Shown in pieces: positions 47,301 through 59,984 of a DNA stretch of 64,000 nt (position 1 is its first letter; each line of letters opens with the position of its first letter). The notes beneath the pieces are model-generated. The model was not told the DNA's origin. It made no database searches and worked only from the letters and a program-made list of their open reading frames with translations. The position numbers and the translations under genes were made by a program. Source of the stretch: Heptranchias perlo (lineage: Eukaryota); contig NC_090337.1 in NCBI RefSeq assembly GCF_035084215.1, positions 42,036,001 to 42,100,000 of the forward strand. Reading direction: 5' to 3'.

Positions 47301-49828
47301 ATGGAATTCATCATCTTTGGTATTGCAGCCAGACAGCAGTCTAGGGGAGCAGTAGGTAAGTCAGAAACTGTGTTTGGTAGTATTTCAGATTTCCAGCATC
47401 TGCAGTATTTTGTTTTTGGCTTGGTAGTATCCTGCTGCTTCAGTCTTCAGCCAGAATTATCTATTTATAGGCTGAACTCTCATTTCCATGCATCCCAGCA
47501 GATCATCCCATTTTACATGGGCTTTAAGCCAGCCGATGGACAAGCTCTCATGAAAAGATGTCTCTTATGAAAGCATTTTTAATGTTTCTCAGCCCAGGTA
47601 CAAGCACATTCTATGTCCTCTGCATTATCCTGATCTGCATTCTCTGTTTCCAGATCTTCCTCCCTCTCCCTTGATGGTTCCTCCTTCTCCTCCTCCATCG
47701 TTATCAAGGAATGTGAGACATAATGGCATGCTCATGGATAATGTAATCCTCTCAAATGTCCTGGGGAGGGGGGGAATTACCCTTTATGAGGCAGGTTAGA
47801 CCCCTTTAAATCCTTCCCAAGCAGAACTCACAGCATCAACCATCAGAAAATCAGCAGACCTGAAATGTACTAAGTTGAAATAACAGCAGAAATAGACAGT
47901 ATAATTAATGTGATAACTCCTCTCTATCCAATTTCACCAATCTTACCTCACTGAAGTTCAAATCTGGCGCCAGCATGTTTAATCCACTGCTGTTTATACT
48001 CAAAGCCTTGGGCCTGCCTTTTCTGCTTTGATGGGCCCTACGTCCAACATAATTAGGCATGGGATGATGTGAGATGTGGCAAATGATGTCATCCCATCAA
48101 CCCGGCCTTGAGGCCTACATCGCCCAACTGGTGGCCCTGTTTTACACTCTTGTTGAGGGATGGAAAAGTCAGTGGGGCAATGAGTAGGCAGAGACTCAGC
48201 TTCCGCCCATGCTGTGCACACTTGTATCAATTTTTGGGTAGGCAGGGGCTGAAATATCCAAGTTTTGACTCGAGCAATAAAAACCAATCCCATACATCTT
48301 CAGACAAGGTTTAGTTTTAAACAACTCGGCACAAGTAGAATTGATTCACACTGCAACACTCTGAAGAAATAATTCTGAATAAAATACTAAATACTCTGTC
48401 TACGTATTAAATCCCAGAACAACCATCTCATGTGTTGCCAGAATATCAGTGCAATATACAATCACGGTGGAATTCCATCAGGCGGAACTTTCAACGACGA
48501 CGGAGGCATAAAACGAGTGATATCGCACACTAATACCAGTATCCCAAAATATTCAAATTTATTTTGCATCAAGAAGTGTTATTTTATACTGAAATAAATA
48601 TGTCTATTTTACATTAATTTTGGATATAACTTTTAAGTCAGTGCAACGAATTTCATTTGCAACAGTGAGAAAAAAAAATGACCTCACATGATACAGTACA
48701 CATCATGATTATTGCAAATTTAAGAGTAATCTGGCACCGTGCCCTTTGTAAATAATAAGATAAAAAATGAACAATGATGTGGGTCTGCATCAATACCCCA
48801 CTCAGAAGTAGGGTAATGTGTAATGTGAAAGCTGAAACCAGTGCATTTCATAAAAATTACCAAATGATGGCCCCTAAACGCTGCATTAATAATAACTCTG
48901 AGTTCTCCTTAGCGTGAAATGGGAAAATGAAATTTTATGTACCACAGAATTCATGGAATCCTGCTCAGAGCATTCGATCATATGATTTACTTCTATTTCA
49001 ACAGAGACCTTTCAGGGTAGAGATTTTATTGCGTTAGGTTACCTCTATATCTTAAGGTTTTTTTTCACTCTTAGTCTCAATGAGTTATTATTATTGATGC
49101 ACAGGTTCGCAGGACATTAAAGATCATTTTCAGGTTTGAGGCAGAAGCTATTTCAACATGCAAGATTAGATTGGCTAGGTGGACAAAGGAAAAAGCATTG
49201 AAGAGATGTGGAAACAGGGTGAGTAAATATGATTAGAATTATTTACTCACATGGAGAGTAAACACCAACAAGGACTGGTTGGGCCAAATGGCCTGTTTTA
49301 GTGTTATAACTTTTAGAAATGTCTATGTACTTCTTCTGTCTATGTAATGTAGATATATATATATGTATGAGGAAAACAATTTAGTTTAAATTTAGACCAA
49401 TAATTCTACTTCCGTGCATTCTTAATTTCTTCAAGTTTCACATAATCTTTCAAACCAAATATTCAAAGATCAAATATTTAAAATTAAAATTAGAGACACA
49501 ATTCAAACTATAGTACATTTATTAATTTCCAGTGTTCTTTGAATATTAAAATGCATGTAAACTTGTTAAATTTTACTTTTAATCTAAAAATGTTGTATAA
49601 TTTTATTTAGCTGCATCTAGTTACATTGACCAGAAGAAATATGGAAAAGGAAATATCACACCAATTTCAGAGCCAACAGCAAATGGTCTTTTGAAGGTTG
49701 TGGTTCTTCCACATTGAAATAGGGCGAATTTCACTTGGAACATATTTGCACAGAACTGTGAGATACAAGCACCAGATAAGAAGTAGAACAACTTCTATCC
49801 TGTAGCATGGTCATTCTTTGCAATAATG

Positions 49829-51217
49829 AGGTTATATTGGATAACCACCGAAAACGGGCGCTGGGATCATGGTGCATGATTAACCTGCGTCCAGTCGTTG
49901 AAATGCAAGCAACACATAACATTCATGCTGCCTGATGATTTAAATGATTGCTGCATGCAACCAGCGCTACCTGCGCTGGCTGCACACATCAGTAGTGGCC
50001 CGGATATTGGGAGTGACTAGCACCACTTACAGGCAGCCTGCACCTTTTAAAAGGGAGGTGCACTGTGGCTGCAGCAAGTGCTGGAGGTACACTGGGAAGT
50101 AAATCTGTGCTGGAATATAGTGATGAATGGCTGCTGCTGTGAGAGGATCTCGTATGATGCACTAGAGGCCTTGGGTGGAAGAGTGGGACAGAAGGAGGGG
50201 CATCCTATATCTGCAGGGGGGCAAGAGGCCCTCCAGACATATACTCAAGAGGCAGTGGGAGGCAGTAGTGGAAGAGGTCAATGCCAGGGGCATAGCACCA
50301 CGCACATGGATGCAGTACAGGAAGAAGTTCACTGATTTGACAGGAGTGGTCAAGGTGAGTGAGTTCAACTGTCAAGTGGCATATCCTACCAACTGCACCA
50401 TTAGCCGCATCCACAACTCCACGCAATACGCCCCCCCCATCACCCATCTACCAACAAACTCAATCAGTACTCAAGTCTTCAAATCAGATGCTTAATTTCA
50501 CCCTCACACTATACACAGTTGCAAGCCACACACCCACAACTCACAGGTCACACGCATTGGCAGCTATTCAACCATGACAGCCACATCATCCAAACATCTT
50601 GCAGGACACTCACCGGCACACTTCCAGTTTTCTTAGGTGGTGCACAACAGGAAGCAGCAAGTAGCAGTGGCTCCATGGAACATGAACCTGTTGTCCTCTC
50701 TCAGGATGACAGCATTCCTGGTCCCACCGCTGCCACTCCGCCAGTGCCCTTGCTGTTGCCTATCAGTTAGCCAGCCCATTCCCTGTAGAGTATCGAACCA
50801 TTATTCAAGTATAGTAAATCTCCAGAAACAGGTACAAAAGCATCAACAGCCAAAACAAATAACCCAACAACTAACCTGTAACTCCTGCATGATCCCTTCA
50901 AATCGTGCTGGAGGGGGAGGGGCCTCCATGCCATTTAAGTCATGTTCAGCTGTGTAAGGTTAAGACAGTGCACTGAATGGAGCGTGGAGTACCAAAAGAG
51001 CAGCTGTCCCTTTAAATCTGCGTAGCACATTGATTTACGTCATAATCTCCCTACTCTACATGCTGCCGGCGTTCGTTAGGTGCACATGCACAAATGCCTT
51101 TACCAAGATGGCGTCCTGCCCACCTCACTTCAGAAGCATCTCGGAAGCCATTTTCGGGGCTTTGGTGTCCGTGTAGCGCCTACAAAACGGGTGCTACATG
51201 GCCCAGTTTCACCCCCG
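49829..51217 (+). mobile_element. Second Harbinger-derived Myb/SANT-bearing element
   Basis: EEWDRRRGILYLQGGKRPSRHILKRQWEAVVEEVNARGIAPRTWMQYRKKFTDLTGVVK, then GTGAGT donor at 50355; colinear with 13233-14914 up to the 3' terminus gctacatggcccagtttcacccc. Confidence 0.75.
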
Positions 51218-52074
51218 ATGTGTACATGTGGATTCATGAAATTAATGGGAACTATGTGGAAACATTAATACCCATAAATACACAAATCTCAGTATACAGC
51301 ATCTTTATCTAGACTATTATGTTGTATCAAATTTACAATAAAGAATGGAGACAATGAATACAGTTTGCAGACAGTGATAGAATTGTGATACCTAATCAAA
51401 GAAAGGAAGGCAAAAAAAAACCCTAACATAAAAATTCAGTTGCTAACTATGCTTAGTTTCAGTCATGAGAAAAAATGAAAAGTAGATCTCCCACTCAGTG
51501 CCAACTCATCAGTACCCCACCCCCACATCAAATATAAAATCTCAGTGTAGAAGCAAATTGTAATTAAGGCAGTGATGTGTTCCCTTTTCGAGGATTTAAA
51601 CTTTAAAGCTATGTTATTAAATTGTCAGTGAAATATGGCTATCATTTTTCCACACAATTCCACAGAAAGAATGCCTACTATGCTCTAAAATACTAAAGTA
51701 ATATTTAATTCTTAAAGTGGTAGTCACATTTTTTTGCTGACTATATTGGCCTAGAAGTAATGTTGGCATAAAGGTTTATGCTGGCAGCAATTCAACGTTA
51801 CTGACTAGCAAATTGGGAACTCCTCATTTTGCTTCAGTACAGCTGCCAGAAAATTGCTGTAGCACTTTTGAGCTGACAGTGCACTGTAGCTCCTACACTG
51901 TACAGTAGCCTTGTTATGCTCATTGATTCCCAAACTACTGCATAAACATTGAGGCCCATGGTCACATTGAAGAAGCCCATAAAATTCCAATCACCACGGT
52001 TGTGCCAAATAATCTCAAAATTATGATTTCAAACCAAATCGCCTTGTGGAAGGAGTAAATGTGGTTGCAGAGTT

Positions 52075-52395
52075 TCAATGGGAACTGAGTAGGAATTTGG
52101 GTGGCCTTGTAGCTTGTGTTAATCCCTGAGATGGCTCTGCAACTGAATCATCCACATTCATAACTATTTTGGCTGGATGGTCCTGCCTGCTTTCTGGCAA
52201 ATCTACTGTTACTTGTACACAGATGCTGGATGGGCCAGATGTGACATTGTCCTGGAAGACAACAGACTCATCAATGCCAAGCACAGCCATGCCACTGTTA
52301 CTTGGCACTCCCTCAGCATCTGAATTGATCGGCAAGGGAAGTGACCTCAGGGCAGCAATGAAGTTTATAAAGCCCTGCCTAAAGGTTCTCTCCAT
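52075..52395 (-). CDS. Candidate terminal coding exon of an unidentified host gene
   Basis: Non-repetitive 106-codon open frame (MERTFRQGFINFIAALRSLPLP...) preceded by a pyrimidine tract and cAG; phase-compatible with the candidate exon at 54389-54470. Confidence 0.35.
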   Translation of the reverse strand: MERTFRQGFINFIAALRSLPLPINSDAEGVPSNSGMAVLGIDESVVFQDNVTSGPSSICVQVTVDLPESRQDHPAKIVMNVDDSVAEPSQGLTQATRPPKFLLSSH

Positions 52396-54388
52396 CTGAT
52401 CTCCCGGTTAAAAAGATAGACAAGTCTTAAAAATGACCTGCCTTGAGGTATCAGCACTGTAAGGGTTAATATCAAATTATTTCCAGGTGGGATAAACAAC
52501 ATAACACGTGCAAACAGTGAAGGCCAACAACAATTTGTGGAGCAAAGTAGGAAAGGTGGGAAACAGTTGTAATTGTCTATTTGTGGTTGTACATTAGAGG
52601 CCTAAAATGGTGCTTCAATTCAGAAGAGATTGTACTAAATCCTAGCCTCACCCTAGCTCTTAGTGGGAATGAGTCTACATCATAAAACGTTCCACTCTTG
52701 TGGAAAGCTCACTCAGGGACGCCATACGAATGACTACTAGGAGAAATGGAAATTGAAATGGAAATGGAATTGTTGTACAGTAGGAGCTATTCTTCTGAGG
52801 TTTTATTTAATATGCATTATCAATAGATTTATTGAGTGAGCTTTACCTTGCATTTAATCATGCTGTATCTCACTTGGTACACAGAAACTATGCATTAAAA
52901 AATAGAAGCATTCCTTTCTCTAGATTAAAACATCTCACAATTTGAATAGTTTCACAGAGAAATTAAATAAAAGGATGATCCAGATATATGCATAGATTTG
53001 GTATCAATGTGAGGGAATGTTATTAGTATAGACTATTCATAAATTAATATGTCAATGTGCTTTTTATCTAGTAAGTGTAAGCCATGACAAAGCAAAATGA
53101 GAATAGGCTCCAGTAAAAGGAAATTAATGTTGTCTGCAATGGAATTGGAAAATTGAATTAAGTCTTAGCTGATATGTTTAAAGTGGGCAATATTTAAGGT
53201 GAATAAAAGATAATCTTTCCTTTGTATTTATAACTTTCATGTACAGAGAAACAAAAAGAATTTTGGTTTATGTGTCTAGTTGAAAATTAATTTTGCATTG
53301 TCTCATTAGAACTGACTTAATAAAAACTCACAGTCTACTTTCAGAATATTTGTGGAATTTCTAATTCAATTCCCTTTATATAAGCTAATCAAATGATCAG
53401 TTCTGAATGGACATATTTCTGCTAAATCTTAGTGCAGGAATATATTTAAAATCTGGTATCTTTATTTTCTCCAACAAGCTCTTACTATCAGATTTTAGTG
53501 AACACACAGACATAGGGAATTATAAATAAGTTATGTAACAGAGAACAAATCAATACAGTAGGCTGAACAAAATATTATAAGATCCATTTTAGCACATTTG
53601 GACACAAGACTAACATATAACATAATTATATAAAACTGAAAACAAAACATTCTCTGGATTTTAAAAGTAGAAAGCTAAAAGAAAATATTAAGCATCTTTT
53701 CCCTAATATTTTACATTTTTTTTAGAGTAACTATAAAATGTCTAATCAATTCATTTCAATATGATGTCATATTCACTGTTGCCCTTCTTTCATGTTCAAA
53801 AACGGACCAATTCAAATATGGTCTGAATACAATTAAAAATGATTAAAGTTAATTTGCTCACATTTTCTGTAACATGTAATGTGAAGCATAAAATTATACA
53901 ACAATCATAAAACTTGCGGCTGTTGGGATGTCATAAATTGCATGATAGTACATTAGTGCCACCTAGAGACTGAGTTTTTTTCTGTTATGCTGTACTCTTC
54001 TCAAAGCAAGTATTTTAGGATTTCTGAAATTCCATCGTCAATATCAGATTGGGTAAAACAGCAGTCAGATTCTTCAATAAAATGAGAGAAAATGTATCAG
54101 TAAAACATTGATTATTTGTTTCAGTTTTGTTCTTTAATATCTGCCGCAATTTTCTACCCATAGACATAACCATGTAGTAATGCATTTCTTACAATTTATC
54201 ATCTTAATATCATTTACTTTCAGTATGCTATGGGTAAGGAAATGTCCCCAACATTTTCATTGTTGTCTTAAAATACATCTAAAAGCTACGGGTTACAGAT
54301 TTTATTTGGAGCAAGATACACTGAGCATCAATCCTGGCAGTTAGCCAGCAGTATTATACAAATTGAATATTAAATATACTGGTTTCAC

Positions 54389-54470
54389 CTGCGGAGAAGG
54401 GTTACTGGTCATCAGTGTCATGCTACTGAGGGCACATAGTATATAATACCCAATGATTTTGTGCTTGGGA
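54389..54470 (-). CDS. Candidate internal coding exon (82 nt) of an unidentified host gene
   Basis: Acceptor ctgtgtttcAG and donor CAG|GTgaaa. Only one frame is open (PKHKIIGYYILCALSSMTLMTSNPSPQ), ending in phase 0. Confidence 0.35.
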
Positions 54471-54810
54471 CTGAAACACAGCTAGTTTAGCATTTGTCAT
54501 CATCATGTTAGGCCAACCTTATGGGATTTCTGGAGGTCGGTCTCATTATGTATGCATAGAGAGCTTCTGGCCTAGATTAGGCCTGCCAGTGGGAGCTTGT
54601 GATCAGTGGAACGTGGAAAATAGCACGCAGCTGCAGATTTTAAAGGGGCTGCTTCATTGTTGAAGGGATGAAAACTGGAAATCCCTAGCCAACAATGCAA
54701 AGCATCTCCATTCTCAAATGTTTATTTTCGAGGTGCTTCTGCAAGAACTGTAACAAAGGGGCATTGCCCTGTTTGGGACACTAGGGTACTCATCCAACAG
54801 GAGAATTACA

Positions 54811-55565
54811 GGCCTGGGTTTACACTCCGAGCCGTGGAGAGAGCCGGTGGGGGGGGGGGAGCATTTCTAAATGGGAAACCTGGAAGCATGGATTTCCCGG
54901 ACGTCCTTATAATTTTGACTTATGGACACCTTTTAAATTTTTTCTGCAGGTTTCCCGTGTGACTTCCATCTAGATTGACAGGCTGGCTGTCTGTCGGATG
55001 GGAAAGCAGCCAGGGAGCATATGTCAGCTGGTAAGTCTGACATCGGGAGCTTGGAGTCGGACATCTAGGAGGGGGGTGGGTCATCAGGGGGGTGGGGGGG
55101 GGTGGAGTCTGACATCGGGGAGAGGGGGTCAGTCATCGGGGGCTTGGGGCCAGGGACCAAGGAGGGAGGTCGGTCATTGGAGAGGGTGAGCGGAGACATT
55201 GTGGGGGAGTGTCGGCCAATCGTGTGTGTTAGAACGCGGCAGATAAGCTTGTTGGGCATGGAGGAAACACTTCTTCGGGTCCACAAGCAGTGCAACAAAG
55301 GCACTTATCTTCTGATCCAGCCCTCCTCACCTCCTCTTACGTGGCGTGAACCAGAAGGCCCGGAAATCCTGGCCCCCAGGAGTTAAAAATAAAAAAAACT
55401 ATTAAAATGGAGATCTGCAGCCTCCTTGGAAGATTTTACTGACCGACCCGTCTCCTGAGAGCGGGTTGGTCGCCCGCCCGCCCCACCTCCATTAAAACCG
55501 GAAGTGGGCCGGTTGGGGGTCGGATTTTACATTTTTACCTTCCTACCCGCTCCCAACCCACCCCT
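54811..55565. mobile_element. GC-rich non-autonomous element related to 8879-9750
   Basis: Shared gattgacaggctggctg motif, G-run repeats and CpG-rich ends. Confidence 0.5.
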
Positions 55566-55624
55566 ATACACTCTGCTTGGTGGCAAACACAACAAATGCT
55601 GTGTTAAATAGACAAAGTACGTGA

Positions 55625-55749
55625 TTTTTTTTATTCATTCATGGGATGTGGGCGTCGCTGGCAAAGCCAGCATTTATTGCCCATCCCTAATTGCCCTTGA
55701 GAAGGTGGTGGTGAGCCGCCTTCTTGAATTGCTGCAGTCCGTGTGGTGA
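55625..55749 (-). mobile_element. LINE family B, very short 3' fragment
   Basis: tttttttattcattcatgggatgtgggcgtcgctgg...gcagtccgtgtggtga. Confidence 0.85.
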
Positions 55750-56446
55750 GTACAGATGAGAAAAAATATTATTACTCTCAAGATGTCTGCCAAAGAATGG
55801 CTAATCAGTATTTCACTATACCAAGTAGGTGGGCAAATTATGCTCGCCACAATGAGTTTCCTCTCACTCTGTTTAACAATGACAGATGTGGCATGTAGAA
55901 AGTAAATCTTTCCAAGCCTCCCATGTATCCTCATACTACAGCAGGGCACATTTTATTACTGTCACTTCAAACTGTAACTACTGTCTCAATGAGCCCACAA
56001 CACAATCTATCTGCATGATACATCTTCCTTTATACAAACACAAGCTGGATATAGGATTGACACTTGGGTGTCATTCTGTGCACTCTTCACATTTCCCACA
56101 ACGACTTCTTTGCTTGCAGGACAAGGCAGTGCATAAAAGGAGGGAGCAAACCCAAATGGGAGGAGGCCCCGTAATCTTGGAGTGTTGGGTTAATTTGAAC
56201 AGGCCATCCTGGAGCTTGAGAATGGAGGGAGTGGGCCTGGGTGAAGTTGGATGCCATCCCAAAGCTCAGGGCTGGTACCATCTTTTTTCTCTTATTCTTC
56301 CTCACTTACACCAACATGCCACACACATGATGCATGTTCATTTACAGACATTTGAGGTTCATGTAGAGAAGCAGAAGAGGAACATTTGTTAGAATGCTGA
56401 CTGCAAGGCACCTGAAACTATTAACCTTTTCTCATTTGCTTCCATA

Positions 56447-56700
56447 TCCTCAGAGGGTGGTGAACCTGTGGAATTCCCTACCACAGAAGGCAGTGGAGGC
56501 CAAGTCATTAAATATATTCAAGAAGGAGAGAGATATATTTCTTAATGCTAAACGGATCAAGGGATATGGGGAAAAAGCGGGAACAGGGTACTCAGTTAGA
56601 CGATCAGCCATGATCATTTTGAATGGTGAAGCAAGCCCGAAGGGCCGAATGGCCTACTCTTGCTCCTATTTTCTATGTTTCTATTTTCTATGTTTCTATC
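56447..56700 (+). mobile_element. CR1 3' fragment, duplicated in inverted form at about 57869-58122
   Basis: QRVVNLWNSLPQKAVEAKSLNIFKKE; ttctatgt tail; tatcct duplicated at both ends. Confidence 0.85.
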
Positions 56701-56959
56701 CTTCGGCTGTTTGACATTGCATTTATTGTGTCTGCAAATGAACACGCATCATGTGTGTGGCATGATGGTGTACTCAAATATATGTTTATGTGAATGAGTA
56801 AGGGGAGAAAGATCAACAGGAAAAAGATGGTAGTGTGTGTGCTTACAATACAGCCCTCCAGAGTGGAAACAAGTAAGGGGCATTCTGGTAAGGTTGTTTT
56901 GTAAGACTCCCTTGATCTGAATTGCTGCTTCTAGATGCTTATAGTGTGTTTGACGATGT

Positions 56960-57390
56960 TTCTAATGTGCAACCTCAGAGCTGAGTTCAGTCCTCGGCTG
57001 AGCTTCAAACTCTACCTCCTCTCCATATCTAAGACTGCTTATTTCCACCTCCACAACACTGTTTGTCTCTGCCTTTATTTCAGCTGAGACAAATGCTGAA
57101 ACCCTTGCCCATGCTCTCGTCAGCTCCAGACTCGATTACTGCAATGTTCCCCTTGCTGGCCTTCCACCATCCACAATTCACAAATTCCAACTTATCCTGT
57201 TCCATACCCATCACTACATCCTTGTGAAACTATACTAGCTGACTGTCCCACAGAATATCCAATTTAAAATCCTCTTTCACATCTTCAAATCCCTCCATGG
57301 CCTGGATCCTCCTTACTTCTGCAATTGACTCATGTACACTTCAGACTCTGGTCTCACATGCATCCCCTCTTCTTTGGCCCCACCAATACC
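56960..57390 (+). mobile_element. Old L2 LINE remnant
   Basis: [23 protein letters not shown] and FKILFHIFKSLHGL-like motifs. Confidence 0.7.
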
Positions 57391-59567
57391 AGTACCAATT
57401 CATCAATGTGTTGGTCAGTACAAGTCAATGCCTACTTTCCAGGCAGTAATCATGCCTCCATTTTAAGACAATTCTGTGTGTTGAACGAGAAGGATGGCTT
57501 CTAGGAAACCAAGGCCACTTTCTTCAGCTCTGGCTCATGATACCATTCAGACAGCCACAAACAGCAGCAACTAGATACAGCTAGGTCCATCCAACAACAA
57601 CTTGCACTTATATAGTGTCATAACAATCAAAATGTCTCATGGTGGTTGACACAGAAATATCTAGAAGAATGAATGCTGAGCCATGGAGGGAGGTGACTGA
57701 AATCTACATCAAAAATATGGGTTTTGAGAAGGTTTTTAAGGGAGAATAGAGAAGTAGGGATTACCAGAGAGTACCATTTGTTAGAATGCTGACTGAACAC
57801 GCATCATGCCACACACATGATGCGTGTTCATTTGCAGACACAATAAATGCAATGTCAAACAGCCGAAGGATAGAAACATAGAAAATAGAAACATAGAAAA
57901 TAGGAGCAAGAGTAGGCCATTCGGCCCTTCGGGCTTGCTTCACCATTCAAAATGATCATGGCTGATCGTCTAACTGAGTACCCTGTTCCCGCTTTTTCCC
58001 CATATCCCTTGATCCGTTTAGCATTAAGAAATATATCTCTCTCCTTCTTGAATATATTTAATGACTTGGCCTCCACTGCCTTCTGTGGTAGGGAATTCCA
58101 CAGGTTCACCACCCTCTGAGGATATGGAAGCAAATGAGAAAAGGTTAATAGTTTCAGGTGCCTTGCAGTCAGCATTCTAACAAATGGTACTCTCTGGTAA
58201 TCCCTACTTCTCTATTCTCCCTTAAAAACCTTCTCAAAACCCATATTTTTGATGTAGATTTCAGTCACCTCCCTCCATGGCTCAGCATTCATTCTTCTAG
58301 ATATTTCTGTGTCAACCACCATGAGACATTTTGATTGTTATGACACTATATAAGTGCAAGTTGTTGTTGGATGGACCTAGCTGTATCTAGTTGCTGCTGT
58401 TTGTGGCTGTCTGAATGGTATCATGAGCCAGAGCTGAAGAAAGTGGCCTTGGTTTCCTAGAAGCCATCCTTCTCGTTCAACACACAGAATTGTCTTAAAA
58501 TGGAGGCATGATTACTGCCTGGAAAGTAGGCATTGACTTGTACTGACCAACACATTGATGAAGTGGCAGCCAGTGGATCACATACAATATATGATGGGTG
58601 AAGATGCAGCGAGATCAATCTCTGCCCAATTTCCCAGCCCCAGATTACCCATTCCACTCACATGACACCAGCATGGCAACAGGAAAAATCCTGTGTTAAC
58701 AGGAGTAGATATGACATTGCTAATTCATGTGGTGTGTAGGTAATTGTCTTAGTGGTGATTTAAAAGGTTATATTCTGCAATAATAATTTAATGAAGCATT
58801 CTACACATGAGAGAGTTTAATAGAAAGGTACTATTTGCAGCTACCACTTCAAAAGATCCTTAGGGTGGGAATGGACTAACAGGAGTAGCAGGTACATTAG
58901 GCAATAGCAAGAAAACATCACACACATTAAATTACTGATTAACCCTCAAAATAGAAATGTCCACAAAAGAACGTAACTAAAGAAAACCTCATGAGACTCA
59001 CCACAAGAGGAAGATGTGGGAAGTAATTGAACCAAAAATTGCTTTAGAGAGTAATTCAAACACTCTAAAGTCTTTGGCTCCCAAGGAACCTGAGGTTCAT
59101 TCAGCAATCCATTCCAGAAAGGCAAAAGTGCAACACCTTTCGTGATGAGGCTTGGATATGAGTGGTGACTTGGAATGAGGAAAGAAATTGACCTTTCTGT
59201 GCAAGAGACAACAATTCAGAGAATAAGCACAGGTGTCAGAAGAGTCATAGTACAAAAACGTCTGAATTTTAGCACGATGGATTGATACAGAAGTCAAATA
59301 ATAAAACTATTAGGGAATATCAGTAGCCAGACAATGGAAGTTAGTATCAAGCAATAGTTATGTGGCTGACATTCCTCTGATTGAAAATACGCAGGCAAAG
59401 GCATATTTTTCAACATTTAAACAGAACGTTAATGAAATAGTAAGTGTGTGTATGGCATTCCTAAATGAAAGTTGAGAGAAATTAGATTTTGTTTGGGGCA
59501 ACTGAATAGTATCAGCCAATCACATCACACCTACATGAAGACCCTTTGATGTTTCTCAAGCAACTAG

Positions 59568-59800
59568 GCCCCTAGGCCCTAAGCTCTGGAATTCCCTCCC
59601 TAAACCTCTCCACCTCTCTCTCCTCCTTTAAGATGCTCCTTAAAACCTATCTGTCACCTGTCCTAGCTCCTTATGTGGCTTGGTTTCAAATTTTGTTTGA
59701 TAACGCTCCTGTGAAGCACCTTGGGATGTTTTACTACGCTAAAGATGCTATATAAATGCAAGTTGTTGTTGTTGTTGTTGCTGCTGCTGCTGCTGCTGCA
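59568..59800 (+). mobile_element. L2 3' end with compound (GTT)n(GCT)n microsatellite tail
   Basis: ctaggccctaagctctggaattccctcc...tatataaatgcaagttgttgttgttg then (gct)n. Confidence 0.8.
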
Positions 59801-59984
59801 GCAGCTACCTTGTACTCCCTGCATGGCACATCATCTGCAATTTACCAGCAACATGCAAGAGGTTACACAATATCCTACACACTCCTGAAAGTGTTCTTTT
59901 ACTCACAGCTGATCACATAGCACATAGGGAAGCAGAGAAAGACTCACATGATAGCTATTTCATTGCCAATACATAGTATTATTG

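Larger units (their letters stand above)
56383..58562. repeat. Complex inverted duplication A-C-B-[hairpin]-A'-B'
   Basis: A (56383-56767) is the reverse complement of 57802-58186 (385 bp); B (57399-57795) is the reverse complement of 58166-58562 (397 bp); identical 106-aa ORFs occur on opposite strands. Confidence 0.93.
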
